DNA of 64,000 nt, taken from NCBI GenBank assembly GCA_004764695.1, contig SMSO01000034.1, forward strand, positions 2,790,001 to 2,854,000, given 5' to 3'. This document shows positions 45,401 to 59,900 of the stretch, in pieces. A model generated the notes under the pieces. The model did not search any database and was not told where the DNA came from. It saw only the letters and a list, made by a program, of their open reading frames with translations. Positions within the stretch are counted from its first letter, which is position 1; each line of letters begins with the position of its first letter. A program made the position numbers and the translations under genes. Source of the DNA: Schizochytrium sp. TIO01. Its lineage: Eukaryota > Protista > Bigyra: Labyrinthulomycetes.

Positions 45401-48400
45401 TTTTTACTTTTACGTTTTCTATAACACTCAAAATGGATGTGCAATTATGGGGTTTTAAATTTTAGTATTGCAAACTTCTTCCGCCCACCAGCTCCCTCGC
45501 TCGCTTCCTCGCGCGTGCTTGTTTGACTTCGGTAGGTCTCCTCATCTATGCACTTAACCAAACTTATGTCTTCACTTGAGGTAGCGTCTGGTAGTGAGTG
45601 CACTATGAACTTTAAGCTTCGGTGTGCAGGGCAGGTGAACGTTGTATTCCGAGATCATTTAAGAAATAGTTGAATTTGCTAAATTTCAATCTCTGATGTG
45701 TTGAGTGTAATGTTTAGTACCATTTTGAGCATTGAAATCGAAATAAACAATGAAAATCAAAATGGAGACATCACTATTCTTATTGACTGAGTTTCCACTA
45801 ATAAGAGACATAAAATCGAATCCGACTTTCTCCAGCACTTTACACTTATGTAGCATTGCTACTAGCATCATTTCAGGAGAGTTTTTGTCGTCAAGCTTCG
45901 CTGGGTTGTACAATACTTAATTTCTATTCTTTAAATTTAATAAATAAATAAATACATTAAAAAAAAACATTATTACCACTTGCATCTCAAGTTAATATAT
46001 TTTATTTATAAAAGAAGAAAGAAAGAAGTGAAAAGAGTAGAAAGAGTAAAAAGTAAAAGTAAAATAAACATTTTCTATAAGATTTTTTATTTATTTTTTA
46101 AAGTTTGATTTTATAAAAATGGTGAGGGGGACGAATTGAGGCAGGGACGACGTTTTCTTCGTCGTGGCACTTGAATCCATCCAGACCACTTAAGACCCTG
46201 TCTCGATTCCACAAGTGCTTCGCATGGAGCTTTACTTATCCCCATCTGCTTCTTCAGTACCAATAATGGCTTCTTGATGTTCTGTAGCGTCTCTCCTTCG
46301 CTTTCATCGATCTAAACATGCATTGTTGCAAGGCTTGGTTTCCTCTGTCCAAGCGCGTGGCATCCATCTTATTGGATTAAGTATTCTCTTCTCACTTGTT
46401 CTTCAAAGACCCTTACTTTCTTTCTTTCTACACCTCCTTCGCAACTTCCCATGGACTGAGAGCTTTTGAGTAGTGCCTATGCCATGCGAGAAGAAGCACA
46501 TTGCATTGCTCGCACCTGCTGCGAACGAATAGTTCGATTGATGCCTTCGAAGGCTCCAGAGGGAGCATCTGTCCTTTGGTGGAGATCTCACCCTTCGAAT
46601 GAAGATTTAGGACAACGAGAAAAAAGGTAACTAACCAGCTTTTCCACTTGCGCTGGCTGTCTGCGCTGAGCTTATCGACTACCACGATTTCAAGAAAAGA
46701 CTTCCAACTAACAAACCAAGCAGAAATAACAGACCGCCGCATTGGCTTCACTATCCATTGCTATGGGCACGGCAAGCGCAAGTGCGGCCAACCGACGTTG
46801 CGCATCACAATCTCTGTGGCACCCGTATGTGCAGCTAGCTAGCTCACTTCAGGAGGGTCCCGCCTCGTTATCTGTGATGCGGATATGTATGCAGGATATA
46901 ATATTCACGCTGTAAGTTAGCAGGCGAACTACTGCAATGTACGAGACTGTTTGTTTGTGAGCTTTCTTCTTGAGGTTCTTCGATCGCCAACAGTCGCCAA
47001 TCTGCACCTTTGGTTTGGCTGCAATTGGCCCGTGATCATTTCTTGCGTTTCAAGAGTTTAACGAGAGAGAGCATCAATCTTGAATTTCTGGCGACCCCAA
47101 CTCACTCTAAACTCCTCAGCTGAGGGATAAAGGTTTCGCCTCTTAAATGGATGGAATGCAATGGTCGTTCGTTCTCTCTCGCATGGTAAGCATTATAGTT
47201 TGGGAAGCACAAGTTCTGCTCGCACCGTTCTTTCAGGGGATTCTGCAAAATTCAGACAAGCCAAGCGCGAAAGCCAACCGAAGGAAGGGTCGTGGGAAGG
47301 CATTGAGAACCTGAATGCCCAGCGAAGCACTTCACCGACTCCGAGCAGAATTCGGAAGATCTTCTGCGGATGTCTGCGCAGCTTTCATTCATGTTTTCTG
47401 GGAAAACTTGGGCAGAAGTGTAACACTTTCCGAAGAAATCGCACGTTCTCAAGGGATAACCTGTAAGTATTGTTGAAGTCTTGTCCTGGAAACAGGAGGC
47501 AAAGGTCTCTTGTCATTGCTTTAGCGCAAACGATTTCCCAAACCGAAATGATAGCGATTATTTTGCTCAAATCCTGATATATTTATTGTGAAACAATGAA
47601 ATAAACTTAACATATCTTTTTGTAAATCCTTTTAATACCAAAATTTAAAATACTCGTACTAGGTACTTACGATGCTTTCGATAAAGAAACAGAAAATCAA
47701 AATGCTTTAACTGTAACTTTCATGTTAATGAGTAATAAGACATCTGTTTACTAATTAAAATAAAATAGAATAATATATATTATTATATTTTTTAAAAAAT
47801 ATTACCATTATTATTCAAAACTGTATGCTTGTTCTTGGATTTTAAAAAGTGTACTTGTAAAAATTAAAATTTTATTCTAGTTAAAATTTTATATTAAAAA
47901 ATGTTGCACTTTGAAAAGTACAATATTTTATTTAAAAAAGAAAAGAGATAATAATAAAAGCTACACTTCATCATAAAGTCAGCTGCCTAAGAATTATCTT
48001 GGCAATTGAAAGAATGATTCCAGAGAGAGCAAGCAAAGTAAGCAAGCGAGCACCACATGCAAGGAAGCCATCACCTCCCTAAAGAGACCGTCATGCCCGC
48101 CTCATTCATACGTACGAGCATCTATTATTTTCATAAATCTTCGTACAAACCAACAAATAAAGGTAAATAAAGCGTCTTCGCCATTCAACCTGCTACAACT
48201 ACTGATCGACGCAAAGACGGCATTTCTTGGAAGCTGCCATTGTTTTCATTGTCTCAGGGCGCCGCCCGCCACGCGCCAAGCCTCGGCCCAGCCCTCTCTC
48301 AAAGCTACTAGCTTGGAGCTTGCTTCTCGGGTGCTTCCAAATGGCCGTTTCTGTGGGTTCTTTACCGCGTAGCTACTATGGGAGCCGGTGCCAGCTGCGG

Positions 48401-49526
48401 GGTACCGTGGGAACCCGTTGTTTGCTCCGCCACGGCTGTTTCGTTTGCGCTGCTACGCAGAGAGAGCGCTTCTCTTCACGCAAACGCGGACATGGTAATT
48501 GCGGAGAGGGGCCTAGTGGGGTCCTAAGGAAAGGCATGGGCAGAAAGATAGGGCTGATAATGCGGGAATGGGTAGGTAGGTAGTAGGAGGAAGGAAGCGT
48601 AGTAGGTCAGTAGCAGCTTAGTAGAACTAGTTTCGATCGAGCATGAATTCGAAGGAATAGTACGGTGATGGATAGAGAGAGACAGGTACGGACCTATGAA
48701 GTTGAAGATAGATGATGGATAGATGGATGGATAGATAGTAGATAGATAGCACCCATCACGATCGTTATGACGATGGGGGGCGATTGCCAAGGGACTGACT
48801 GGGTAGTGAGCGAGGAATCGCAATGATGGAGATCGCGATGGAAATCGGTGCTTGAACGGAGGAGAACTCATCGAAGTTTTGATGGATGCCGAAATGGCCA
48901 TCACGATCGGTGAAAAGGAACAGAGGAATACCGAATCGAAAGAGAAGAAGAAGAAGTCGATGGTGCCCTAGATACACGAAAACTAGCTACCTAGGTATAC
49001 TAGAGCAGGGTTCATCGAAGAGGAGGTCAACACATTTTTCAAGTTTAGTCATCGTGATGACAGAACATTGCAAGCGAAAGTATGAGTTGTGATGAAAGAA
49101 CGAGGCACCCATTTGTCAGTGAACTGCTTGGTTCAAGTTGTCAAGGGTTCCTCTCCTGGTTACCTACTTCAACATTCAAGCTTCGAACGATGGGGAGCCA
49201 ACTGAGTGACCGACTATTCTGCTCGAAAGGGTTGTGACGAACTCTAAATTTTAACAAAGCTATTAGGAAGAGATAGGAGGTAAAGAATCCCTCGCTCGGA
49301 ACCAGAATGCGAGCAGAAGCTAATTGAAGTTCAAGTTATGGGTACCTATACCTACCTACCTTTGAAACTACTTGAAGGAAGAAGTATTGAGTAGTCTGAT
49401 CTTAAATTAGCATGATGCACGCACGTTAGCTAGAAGGTAAACTTTATCATCACTCAACTTTAGCTTCAACTTTCAAGAAATCCTCAAGTGCAGCGTTTGA
49501 CATATACTGTTCTATAGTATTTCATT

Positions 49527-49527
<1 letters not shown>

Positions 49528-49605
<78 letters not shown>

Positions 49606-49622
49606 CAATAATAATAATAATA
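49528..49622. repeat. (TAC)26 followed by (AAT)n microsatellite
   Basis: Perfect TAC array 49528-49605 abutting a short AAT array. Confidence 0.95.
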
Positions 49623-50255
49623 TCAATAATAAAGTAAGCTCGAGCAAAGCGTTCCCATTGGGCTGTGTTTGTTTGTTGACTATACTATGATTCGTTCTAT
49701 GTCGTACACGGCGGTGTTTTTGTGACGTGCAATTAATTCGATGTTCTTCATCGTGATGCTTTAGTCGCCAAACTGTCGCAATTATTTCATTTCATTTTCA
49801 TTTCACTTTTTATCCAGTACTAGAATGTATTTTTATCAACCTGAATTTTACAATAATGAACTTGAAGGAAGACGTGAGCAGTAGCTAAAGCAATTCCAGA
49901 GGACCGTTCTTTACAAAGGACTTCAAGTTGAGACCTCGCCAAATGAGACTACCTGCGGGCACACTGTTCCCCTCCTGGCGCGCGGCGGCTCGAATTCTCA
50001 ATCCGCAATAAACCCTGTCTCCATATCACCAGCACAAGATCGATTCAAGATCGATCGCCTTGTGAGTGATTTCTTTAACTAGACGGGTCTACTCCTTCTT
50101 CACTGACGTGCTTGTTTGTTTGGTGCTTTCTTTAGTCCCTCGCTATACAGTCGTTCCATGATCAGGCTTGTGTCTGCTTGCGTACTTATTTTTTCTGATG
50201 CCTATAATGCCAAGCCAAACCTCGCGAGAGGAAGGATCGCAACGCCGTCGGTCTG

Positions 50256-50400
50256 TGATTGATTGATTGATTGATCGATTGATTGATTATTTGGTTGAGT
50301 GAGTGAGTGAGTGAGTGAGTGAGTGAGTGAGTGAGTGAGTGAGTGCGTTAGTTAGTTAGTTAGCTAGCTAGTTAGCTAGCTAGCTAGCTAGCTAGCTAGA
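50256..50400. repeat. Compound tetranucleotide microsatellite (GATT)n-(GAGT)n-(TTAG)n-(CTAG)n
   Basis: Direct reading. Confidence 0.95.
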
Positions 50401-52312
50401 TAGTTCGCTCCTCTGCCAGTCTTCTCTTGTGTCGAGAATGAGATCGGAGAGGAAAACGACTTCTCATGTAGAATGCGCCAAGCTTTGGGCGATGTTCGCG
50501 CTGCTGCCTGGCTCGACATTCTTGCGCTTTCATGCTCTTTTAACAACACTTGTTTGTAGTTTATTTATTTATTTATTTATTTATTTACTAATTTATTTAT
50601 AACTTTGAAATAAATACACGTAAGTCAATCAATCAATTAATTGTTCAATGAATCAAATTATCGATAGAACCCATCGGGCCAAACAACTTACTCAACGCTG
50701 CAAGCAAGCAAAGTAAGCGAGCCACGCCGAAGAAGAGCCCCCAAGGAGACGCGACGCATTATTGTGGGCACTCTGGGAGTGAGTTGCAATAGGTTGGTTC
50801 TATGACGGGTGTGCGCGAAGGGCATCTTTCTTTCTTTCTCTTCTTTTTCTTTTCTTTTTGCAAGATTTGGTTTATTGAAATAAAGTAAAAGCATCAGAAG
50901 ACAAGAATAACATTACTCTTCTCGAAATGCACCGCGCCACAGAGGTTCGAAGATGTGCCGTCCTCCTCGGACCTCTGCCTGGCCTGATCTCAGGTCGAGC
51001 TTACGGGGCAGACATTGCGAGTGTGTTCTTCACGGAGTCTTTGTGCTCACTCGCTGAGCGGTTTAGTCTCGCTAAAGGGAGGAAGAGACCCAATGCTGTG
51101 CACATCTAGAGTTAGTTGCCTTTCGCATTTGCCTGCTCGGACGAGGCATTTCCTTATTTATTTATTAGTTAGCTAGCTCGCCACCTACGATCATCATCAC
51201 TCAGGCCTTGAGAGCAGAGGGTTCGCGAGGAGCCCCAAAGGTGCACATGAAGATGCGGCTTGGGCGCGTTAGCTCGAGAGCGAGCAAGTCTCCGAGCAAA
51301 GTCGCGAGCAGCCCAAGTTCAAGGAGGTCTCGTCAGGCTCTCGCGAACAGCAAATTGTCTCACTGCTTCAAAGGCGAACGAACACTCAGTCAGAGGGAAT
51401 TGGAAAAAACAAAACAAAAACAAAGCGAAGGACATTCTTTTCCTGCTTTCCTTCCTCACACCAACACTAGTAGGTAGATAGATGCTTATTTACTTTCTTA
51501 CTTTCTTATTTTCTTACTTGGTGTGATCAAATTGTTGATGGAGTGAGTCCGGTGATCCTTTTCTCTGCCTTGCGCGAGGGATTGGTTGAAGAGCGGGCAC
51601 TCGAACAGATCCAAGAAGTTGAGTCATCTCGAGGTTTAGTTAAATATATATAAGTAAGTCATGAGTTGAGTCATGTGCTCTTTGCCTGGATCAATCAATC
51701 TGTGACACATCTGTAAAGTGATTATTTTTTTTCTACTTCTCTCAATCTCTTTCCAGAAGTCCCAAATCACTCCTAGATCTTAACCCAAAACCATCTATTT
51801 AATTTAATTTAATTTATTTTTTTTTTTAAACTAAAAGGAATATATTGCTTTTGCTTCCTTTCTTTTAGTTCTAAAAGTTCAAACCAGTTTTAATTAGAGT
51901 TGTTTATTTTTCTAATTTAAAAACTCTATAAAATAGCATATTTTATTTTATTTTATTTTATTTTATTCTAAAAATAAGTTACTATTTGCTTTCATAGACT
52001 TCAAAATTAATATTAATAGTTTAATTAAGTGCATATCTCATCCATCACAGGCTCAATTCTATCACGATTGAAAAAAGCCAAGATAACAAACACCTTCTGG
52101 TACGCACCTCACGATATCTTTCCGGGCAGACGAAGATCGAAAGCCCGCAAGAATGAAGAGCCACCTCTGAAAACCATGCGATATTCTCATTTCAGCCCGC
52201 ATGATGCTCATCCACAAACAGAAAAATAAGCGCCAGCTAGACATCGCACATCCGCAATGGCATACAAACTTGAAGTTGCATCCATAATAACATCCATCCA
52301 TGCATCATCATG

Positions 52313-52422
52313 ACATACATACATACATACATACATACATACATACATACATACATACATACATTCAATGATTCAATGATTCAATCATACATACATACAT
52401 ACATACATACATACATACATAC
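52313..52422. repeat. Two (ACAT)n arrays separated by TCAATGAT repeats
   Basis: Direct reading. Confidence 0.95.
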
Positions 52423-53300
52423 AATGATACATCCATAGTAACATGCGTAGCATACACTAACTACTCCAGCAGTAGCCTCTTCACGTGGCCAGCGGCCCTT
52501 TTGGAAGGAAGCCGTCGTCGCGAACGAAGCTGCCGAAAAGCCGCAAAAGTGCCACCACAGACACCGCAAGCATCGAAGAGTTTTCGTCGCCAATGCGGCG
52601 CCACATTTGCCGTCATCACCCAAGTCAGAATGTCTCTTGAGCTGTCTCTGAGTCATAGGCAGTGCTAGCAAGCGAGGGAGAGGAGATCAATCAGCCAGCG
52701 CAACCACGACCATGATCGGCATCTCGAGCGAGACCGCGATCGACCAAGCGGCGGCGGCATCGGTCGTCTGTATCCATCCATCCATCGATTGATTGATTCA
52801 TTGATTGATTAATTCATTGATTCATTGATTGATTCATTGATTCATTGATCTTGAAATGCGAGTTCTGCGGACCTTCGTTCTCTCACCTGCGCTGCAAAAG
52901 GGTTGCGCTTCTCGTGGAGGACTGTCGCTTCACGATCGTCCATGACTAAAGCCGCCTGACTGACTGACTGACAGCATTGGCGGCATTGGCAGCATTGGCA
53001 GCGTCTCGAGGTCTGCGGACCATTTGCTGTGCGGACTGGGGCGGGAACGATGAAATCAATCGCCTCCGACATTTGGGGTCAGAGAGTGAGCGAGCGCCCT
53101 CTTCGTCTGCGAGCACTGACGAGCACTGACGAGCACTGATTGCAGGCCTTCAGACTGCTTATCTATCCGCAACGACGGCTCTCCAAACAAGATCGCTCGG
53201 AGCGCGAGAGACTATCGTTAGTAGTGCGGATTGATTGACTGGTTGCTGATTGATCGATCGATTGATTTACTTCCTTCCTTCTTTACTTATTCATCCATCA

Positions 53301-53387
53301 ATTTACTTACTTCAAGTTATTCATTAATCTACTTACTTCAAGTTATTCATTAATTTACTTACTTCAAGTTATTCATTAATTTACTTA
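53301..53387. repeat. 26-bp tandem repeat x3.3 (ATTTACTTACTTCAAGTTATTCATTA)
   Basis: Copies start at 53301, 53327 (one mismatch) and 53353, with a partial copy at 53379. Confidence 0.92.
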
Positions 53388-56300
53388 TTTATTTATTTAT
53401 TTGTTTGCTTCTTTGCTTCTTCCTTGTTTACCCAAGTAAACTGCCTCTACCAGAATGTGGTTGACTTGTTGCTCTGTAAGATCCGCCGGTCAGTGCGCAG
53501 AAACAAACACACAGACAATGTTAAAGAACGAGATCACTTTCTGCGTGTGTTCTCTGATTCCTTTGTTTCTTCGTTTGGTTGTCTGTCTTTTGGTCTGCTG
53601 AAAACTTCTCCGTATGCGGCCGCGGAGCAGAAATTCGCGCCGCCTCATCGAATTGAAGGCGGAGAATCGAGAAAGGATGGATTGGATGGATGGAACCTCT
53701 CTCGCTCAGACATTCCTCGTACGCACCTATCGCGCTGTGCTTCCTGCTCTGCCACGAGGTTTGTCATGAAGTAAGTAGTTCTGAGGAGGTCGATCTGGAG
53801 CAAAGGTTGTTTCAAGGGATCGGCGAGGAGGACTGACTTCCTTACTCTCTGAGAGCGAAAGCATTTGGCGATGCAGGAGGAAGCGAACTAGCAAGGATAA
53901 GCAGCAAGTTGGGAACCATGGAGAGCAACATCAGACCACCAAGTGGAAAGCAGTTGGCGCCTTGAAAGTGGGTTCTGGCCAAGTCCCAAGGCAGGCAAAT
54001 GATCGATCTTGCAGAGAGGTGTGCTACGCTATGCAGGAATTCTTGCCCGATTGCAGGCTCATTTGGGCTGGACGGTAAGCGGAGTTGGTTGCAAAGGAGC
54101 ACCTCGAGGATATGCGCAAAAAACCTCGTCAGATTTGCTCAAGATTTCAAGAAATTGCACAGTGTAGGAACTTCACGATAACTAACGCTTATGATATGCA
54201 GGGATGACGGAATTGCAGCGCAGGCTCTCTTTTGCACGCATTTTACAGTTGCCCTTTTGCCAAGAAGGAAAGGAAGAAGCATCAGGCGAGTTCTTTCTTC
54301 GATTTGTATGTCTGTCAACAATGCATCGCTCAAAATAAAAATCGGCAGCAGAAGAATGTGACGCATACCTACTTTGAAACAGCGGTGACAGTTGTTGGAA
54401 TTCGCATTTTTCCGGATCTCTGAAAACCGTAGTTCCGTGCAAAGTAGAAAAGGGCGCAGACGAGTGAAGAGTCATCCTACAGATTTGATTTCACAGATGT
54501 GCGTTCTGACTCAAACTAAATTATCTTTTCAAGAGACTCGTCTTCGTGATCACTTTAGTATATACGAAACATGCACCTTTTTACGAGGGGTCCCGGAGCT
54601 TGGGTGCAGTAGCGGGAGTGTTAAACCAAGGAAGATGAATTACAGACGCTCGTCTAGCTAGAGAATTCTGAAGATTTACTTTGTTTTTATTAAAATAATA
54701 GTAATAATAAGAAACAATGATAATTTAATGTTTTGCACGATCGCAAAGAGGAGCAGGAACCTATACTACGTAGCTGTATATCCCCTCCTAATCATGGTGC
54801 ATGCTGCTGCCAGAACGCATAATCATTCACTGAAGGTGTGAACTTTAAGTAGTTTTTGTTTTTTGTTTTTGTTTTTTTCTCGTGCTCTCTCTTTGCTTTC
54901 TTTCCATCCTAACAGCTTTTCACCACTCAACCTTTGATTCATTTTTCTTTTTGAAATGATGTTTCTGTCCCTCTTTTTATTTTTTTATTTTTTAATATTT
55001 TCTAACTTGAAAATACATATATATATTATGTATGTAGAAGCAAAGATAAAAGTTTCCTTTTTTATTTAAGTTTTTATTTATTTTTTTATTTTTTTTGGGG
55101 GGGGGGTTTAATGCTGACTACACTGCACACGAAATTACTCTTTCGATTTTTTCTTTCTGTAAAAAACAAAAACATAAAATAACAATACTGCATCAACAGA
55201 TAAATAAAGTAGAAAAATGCGAAAACTACCACCACCCCAACACTCGCTTACTACGCACGCATCTACGCGATGATCTATAAGTTCGAAAACTCTTCATCTT
55301 AGCTTTAATACAACTCACTCTGTACTACCTATGTTCTACTATGTATCCGTGAAAAGGTGCACCCTTCTTACCCAGACAGAAAGCCCATAGGCGAGTGAAT
55401 AGGTACCGCCTGCCTTCTAGCTCGTGAGGCAACAGCTGCCACAAGGATCAAACAACAGGTGTGGATGGATGTCAACTGCAGACGTTGGGTGGTGCCCTTG
55501 GCTGTGCAAACCTCAGCTGCAGAGTCCTTCTCGCCCATCCAAACTTCGCGGGTCTGAGTACTACCCCCCATCCCTGTTATGAATCTTGAGCTGTGCAGCA
55601 GCGTTGGATTGGCATATCTGCCCTCTTGAAACTAAAACAGCCGTGTCTCTGTGCACAGTCCTCAACCTAAAGGAACCAGTTGCCGCATATCCGTTCCCAA
55701 GCGGGTTCTCGCTGTTCGAGTTAGTTGGACATTGGAAGTCAGTCGTCACTTGCTTTGATTTCTGCAGAAAGCCAACTTTGGCATTGCCGCAGCAGTTTCT
55801 CCAAGCAAGCGCAACAGCCCTACGAAAAGGCCGTTTCGGGCAACTCGCAGCTAGCAACAACTGCCGATGTAGTCTGCTGTCACACACCGCTGCGATCGGT
55901 GCCGGAGAAGGTGCACGAAAACGCCCATGAGGTGACATTTCACGAGAGACGGGAATTCCATGGCTTCGCGGGTCCTCCATCTTGAGAAGCTGTACTTCGC
56001 TTTGCTTCACTGGATGGCTAGCGAAGCTTGCTTGCTTGCTTGCTATCTAGCTAGCTTGAGTCAGCTATAGCTGGTTCAAAGCTGTTGTGGAGGTCTACGT
56101 ATGTCTGGTCCTCTGCCTCGTGAACCGCGGAAATAGTTGGCGATTTTGCTGTAACGATCGATATACCTGTTGTCATCATGATGGGTGGCGGAGCAGCAGT
56201 TGGTTGGTACGCTCAATCTTGTCTTTGCTCAGTGACTCAGCAGAGGAATCGCAGTAGTTGGCCTATTTGGCACGGAAGCAATCGCCGTGCGTCACTCGAG

Positions 56301-56793
56301 CTTCTTCGGGGAAGGCAAGAGCAGACAACTGGCCATGGTGATGATAGCGCATAATACGCTGTGAGCCAGTTCTTCAAGCGGATTGGACCGTCTCAATGAA
56401 TGAATGAATGAATGCATGCATACATGCATGCATGCATGAATAACTGCTGTTGCTCTCGCCGCACTTGTCTACGACGGGTGACCAGATGACAGCGAATCGC
56501 GGGAAGACGTTGCGAGAAGCCACTTCTACTCTAAATTCAGGCGAATACGTGCACCTCCTCGCGAAGAGCAACGCGGCGTATTCTCACGCATGCGTTACAC
56601 GCCGTGCTAGACAGACAGATCAGACAGACGGTGACTTCGCACTAAGTTTAACAGGAAAAGTGATTAGTGCAACAGCCTTGCGAGTCACCGACCTCATAAC
56701 AGTCAGCCGCAAAGGGACTAGGCCTCGGGCGTGGAGAAACCAACACTCACTCGAGTCCTCCCGGTCCTAATCGTCCGTCTGTCTGTCTGCCAC

Positions 56794-56965
56794 GCAATGC
56801 AATGCAATGCAACGCAATGTAATTTAATGTCATGTAATGCAATGCAATGATTTATGCAATGCAACGATCAATGCAATGCAACGAGCAATGCAATGCAACG
56901 ATCAATGCAATGCAACGATCAAAGCAATGCAATGATCAATCCAATGCAACGCAAACCAATGCAAT
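56794..56965. repeat. (GCAAT)n array containing a 17-bp minisatellite GCAATGCAACGATCAAT
   Basis: 17-bp units start at 56839, 56856, 56873, 56890, 56907 and 56924, with a partial unit at 56941. Confidence 0.9.
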
Positions 56966-59900
56966 GACGTATGCATTGCAAGCTCGAAGAAGCATCGTTA
57001 AATCAAGGCTGCGAAGTCTCAGGTGTGCCCAAAGTACCACCTCCTCTGCAGTCTTTCTGATGACCCATCCGTCTCCTTACAAAATGTCAAAATGTCAGGA
57101 GAGCCACTCGAATTGTCCTTAAACAAAGCATTGGTGAATGGTGCAATTGATCGATTGATTGACACATATCGTCGATGGACGGACCCTAAGAAGAAGCGGC
57201 GTCTCGCTTAGGAGGTTGGCCTGTGCGAGTGAGCGTGGGTTGATGGAGTGTGGATGGTGGAGGCGCAGCGACTCTTTGGAGTTGAATGGGTGAATAAAGC
57301 CGCTGCCGGTCTGACTGGTCCTGAAAGGAGAATCATATTCGATAGCATGGCAAGGGTTAACACCGCGACGATGAGAACACTGGTGGAGTCCGTGTGCTGC
57401 ATAAGCACTGCCGCCTTTGCGTGCAAGCATTGGCCAAGGAGGAGAGGAGGTGCCGGAGTGGTGAAACAAGCAGGCACACAGCTTTCACAAGGGGAGGAAA
57501 GAACTTAGTACTCATGCTACTTACTTCAACAATAGGAACAACAACAGCAAACGTAAAAATTACCATGTGATTTCGATTTTTGATTTTATTTTCAAGTTAC
57601 TCTTTTAGCATTTTTATTTTGGTTGAAGATTTTCATTTTTTCGTTTTCATAAATTGTTTTTAAGATTAAAAGTATTATAAAATAAAACCAATCACCTCTT
57701 TTTTTTTTTAAATTGAATATTTAGCTTTAAAAAAAAATACATTTTTTTTTAGACAAATACATATCTATTTCGTAGATCATGAGAAATGAATGTGAATGAA
57801 GAATTCTGACGGTACCTCAATGGGCTGGGCTCGTGTTGGCAATATCACATGCGCAGAGAGAACCGCTTGGGCAGCAGTCAGGGTGGCGGTGCGCACTATG
57901 AGGGAAACGACGGGAAGGCAGGACAATTTGCGACAACAACGGAATTCAGGTCGACGTCCAGCTATAGCACCTGAACGAGAGAGCGAGTGCTTGGAAATGG
58001 GCTTTTCATGGTTTTTGCCATTACTGAGTCAGAACGGAGAGGGAGTGGCGAGTTCAATCCGGCCTTGAGGCCATGCTTCAACCAGGAATCTGGTTGCGGG
58101 ATTTTATAAATACGCTCCGGATTCATCAGCGTGTCCAGAAGAAGATGGAATTTTGATAACTCTTCGCCAATAAGCATTAGGACACCTGCTGAAGCAAGGT
58201 TTTATGTAAAAAGTGCTCAATTCACTTTCTTCTCTCACGAATATTCTTCCGTGGTGTTCTTCTTCTTCAGCTTTTCTTGGCTTTTCTTGATTTGACATCA
58301 TCGAGCAGTACAGAGCCCAGGGAGCGAGCGATTCGATGCCTAGCTACGCAAAAACCAGAAACAAAACCATTTTGCTATGCCAACAGCATATTCTAATCAT
58401 GATTCAATCAATCTTGTGGGGCGATGCTCTAATTTGGTAAATGTCTAAAGTAAGACGCACTTGCTCTTTTATGTTCATCAGTATAAGCTGTTTACGTAAT
58501 AGTACACATAGTAATAATGTTTAGGATGGAGAAAGAAGAAAACCCCCATATGCCACTAGAAAAGCGCTTGCGCTCGACCTCATGAACCGATCCACCTATG
58601 GCGAAAAATTGGCGTCTCTGCTTTGATCTACTCTCATCAAAACGTTGGGGTGGATGGCGCTGCTCGTATGGAAGTCCGTGTACTTCTCAAATATAAGGAC
58701 AGCTTTTTCTTTTAGGGGGTTTACGCTAGCCAAGCCTCTGCACTATACGCACAGCGAGCAAGTAATAGTACTATATGTATTTCTTTTGAAGAAATGGACA
58801 GACAGAATGTTTACTGTTGACCACTTCTTTGAAAAAAAGCTGTTGAATCTGTTGTTGTAAAGCGGATAATATTGAAACTATGCAGCCTTTGGTGTATGTA
58901 AAGACAACAAAAATATCATAAAACAACAAAACAAAACATCACTATACTTACTTTTCTAGGAATACAGCAAGCCAGTAGTGTTGATTATCTTTTTAATTTT
59001 GAATTTTAGGAAGAGACTCTGAAGGCCAACGCCAAATCAGAGAATATATTACCTTTTATCACAAAAGTATGATTTACGAATGAAAGTTTCTATACTCAAA
59101 CACAATTCTAAGCTCCGCAAATTTGATTTTTCTATTTTCAAATTCGCTGAGTTAATTCAAAGTATAGCATAGCGATCCTCACGCATTGTTCAACACAGCT
59201 ACTGATTTGTTCAATCAGACAGAACTTGAGCAATACCCAAAATGTTGGAATCGTTCACGAAAATAATTTACGAATGCCAAAGGCTGGCATTATTGCGTTA
59301 CGAATCTCAAATATTTTAGACTTGAGGACTTTTTTATCACCTTATAATAGAACGTGTGTTGATACTCTACTAGTCCCTCTTACAATTAGCTCAAGTAAGA
59401 AACCCAGCTGCGTTCGAGTCACCTCCTGTTTTTGTTTAGTTTTATATAATAAATATTGTAGACAACCTGGTGAGACCTAAAAAACAACAGGACAATTTTT
59501 TTTAGTGGAAAGAATATCATCAGATTAAAGCAGCTAGGATGAAGCTTCTTTGGAAAGGCATTGTTCTAAATATATAGTTTCGACTACAGCACCATCTCAT
59601 CATTCTGAAATTTTATGCATCCTTCAGAATGGATTTATGATACCCCATAGTATGATGCGAAACCAAAATAGTTCAAATTTTCCAGCTTTTCTCTCTTATT
59701 TCATGTCATCTTAAGGAATCCAATTAAAATGTCCAGAGGCACTGCAAAGCACAAGACGGAAAACAAAACTCATATAATGTGAAAATGGATGCTTGCTGTT
59801 CTTGATGATATATTGCCTGATATATTTCCCAAGCATAAAGCATATCTAATTCCTCCTCTGGACAACTAAAGCCAGTCCTACTGCGGGAGTCGAGTCTACC

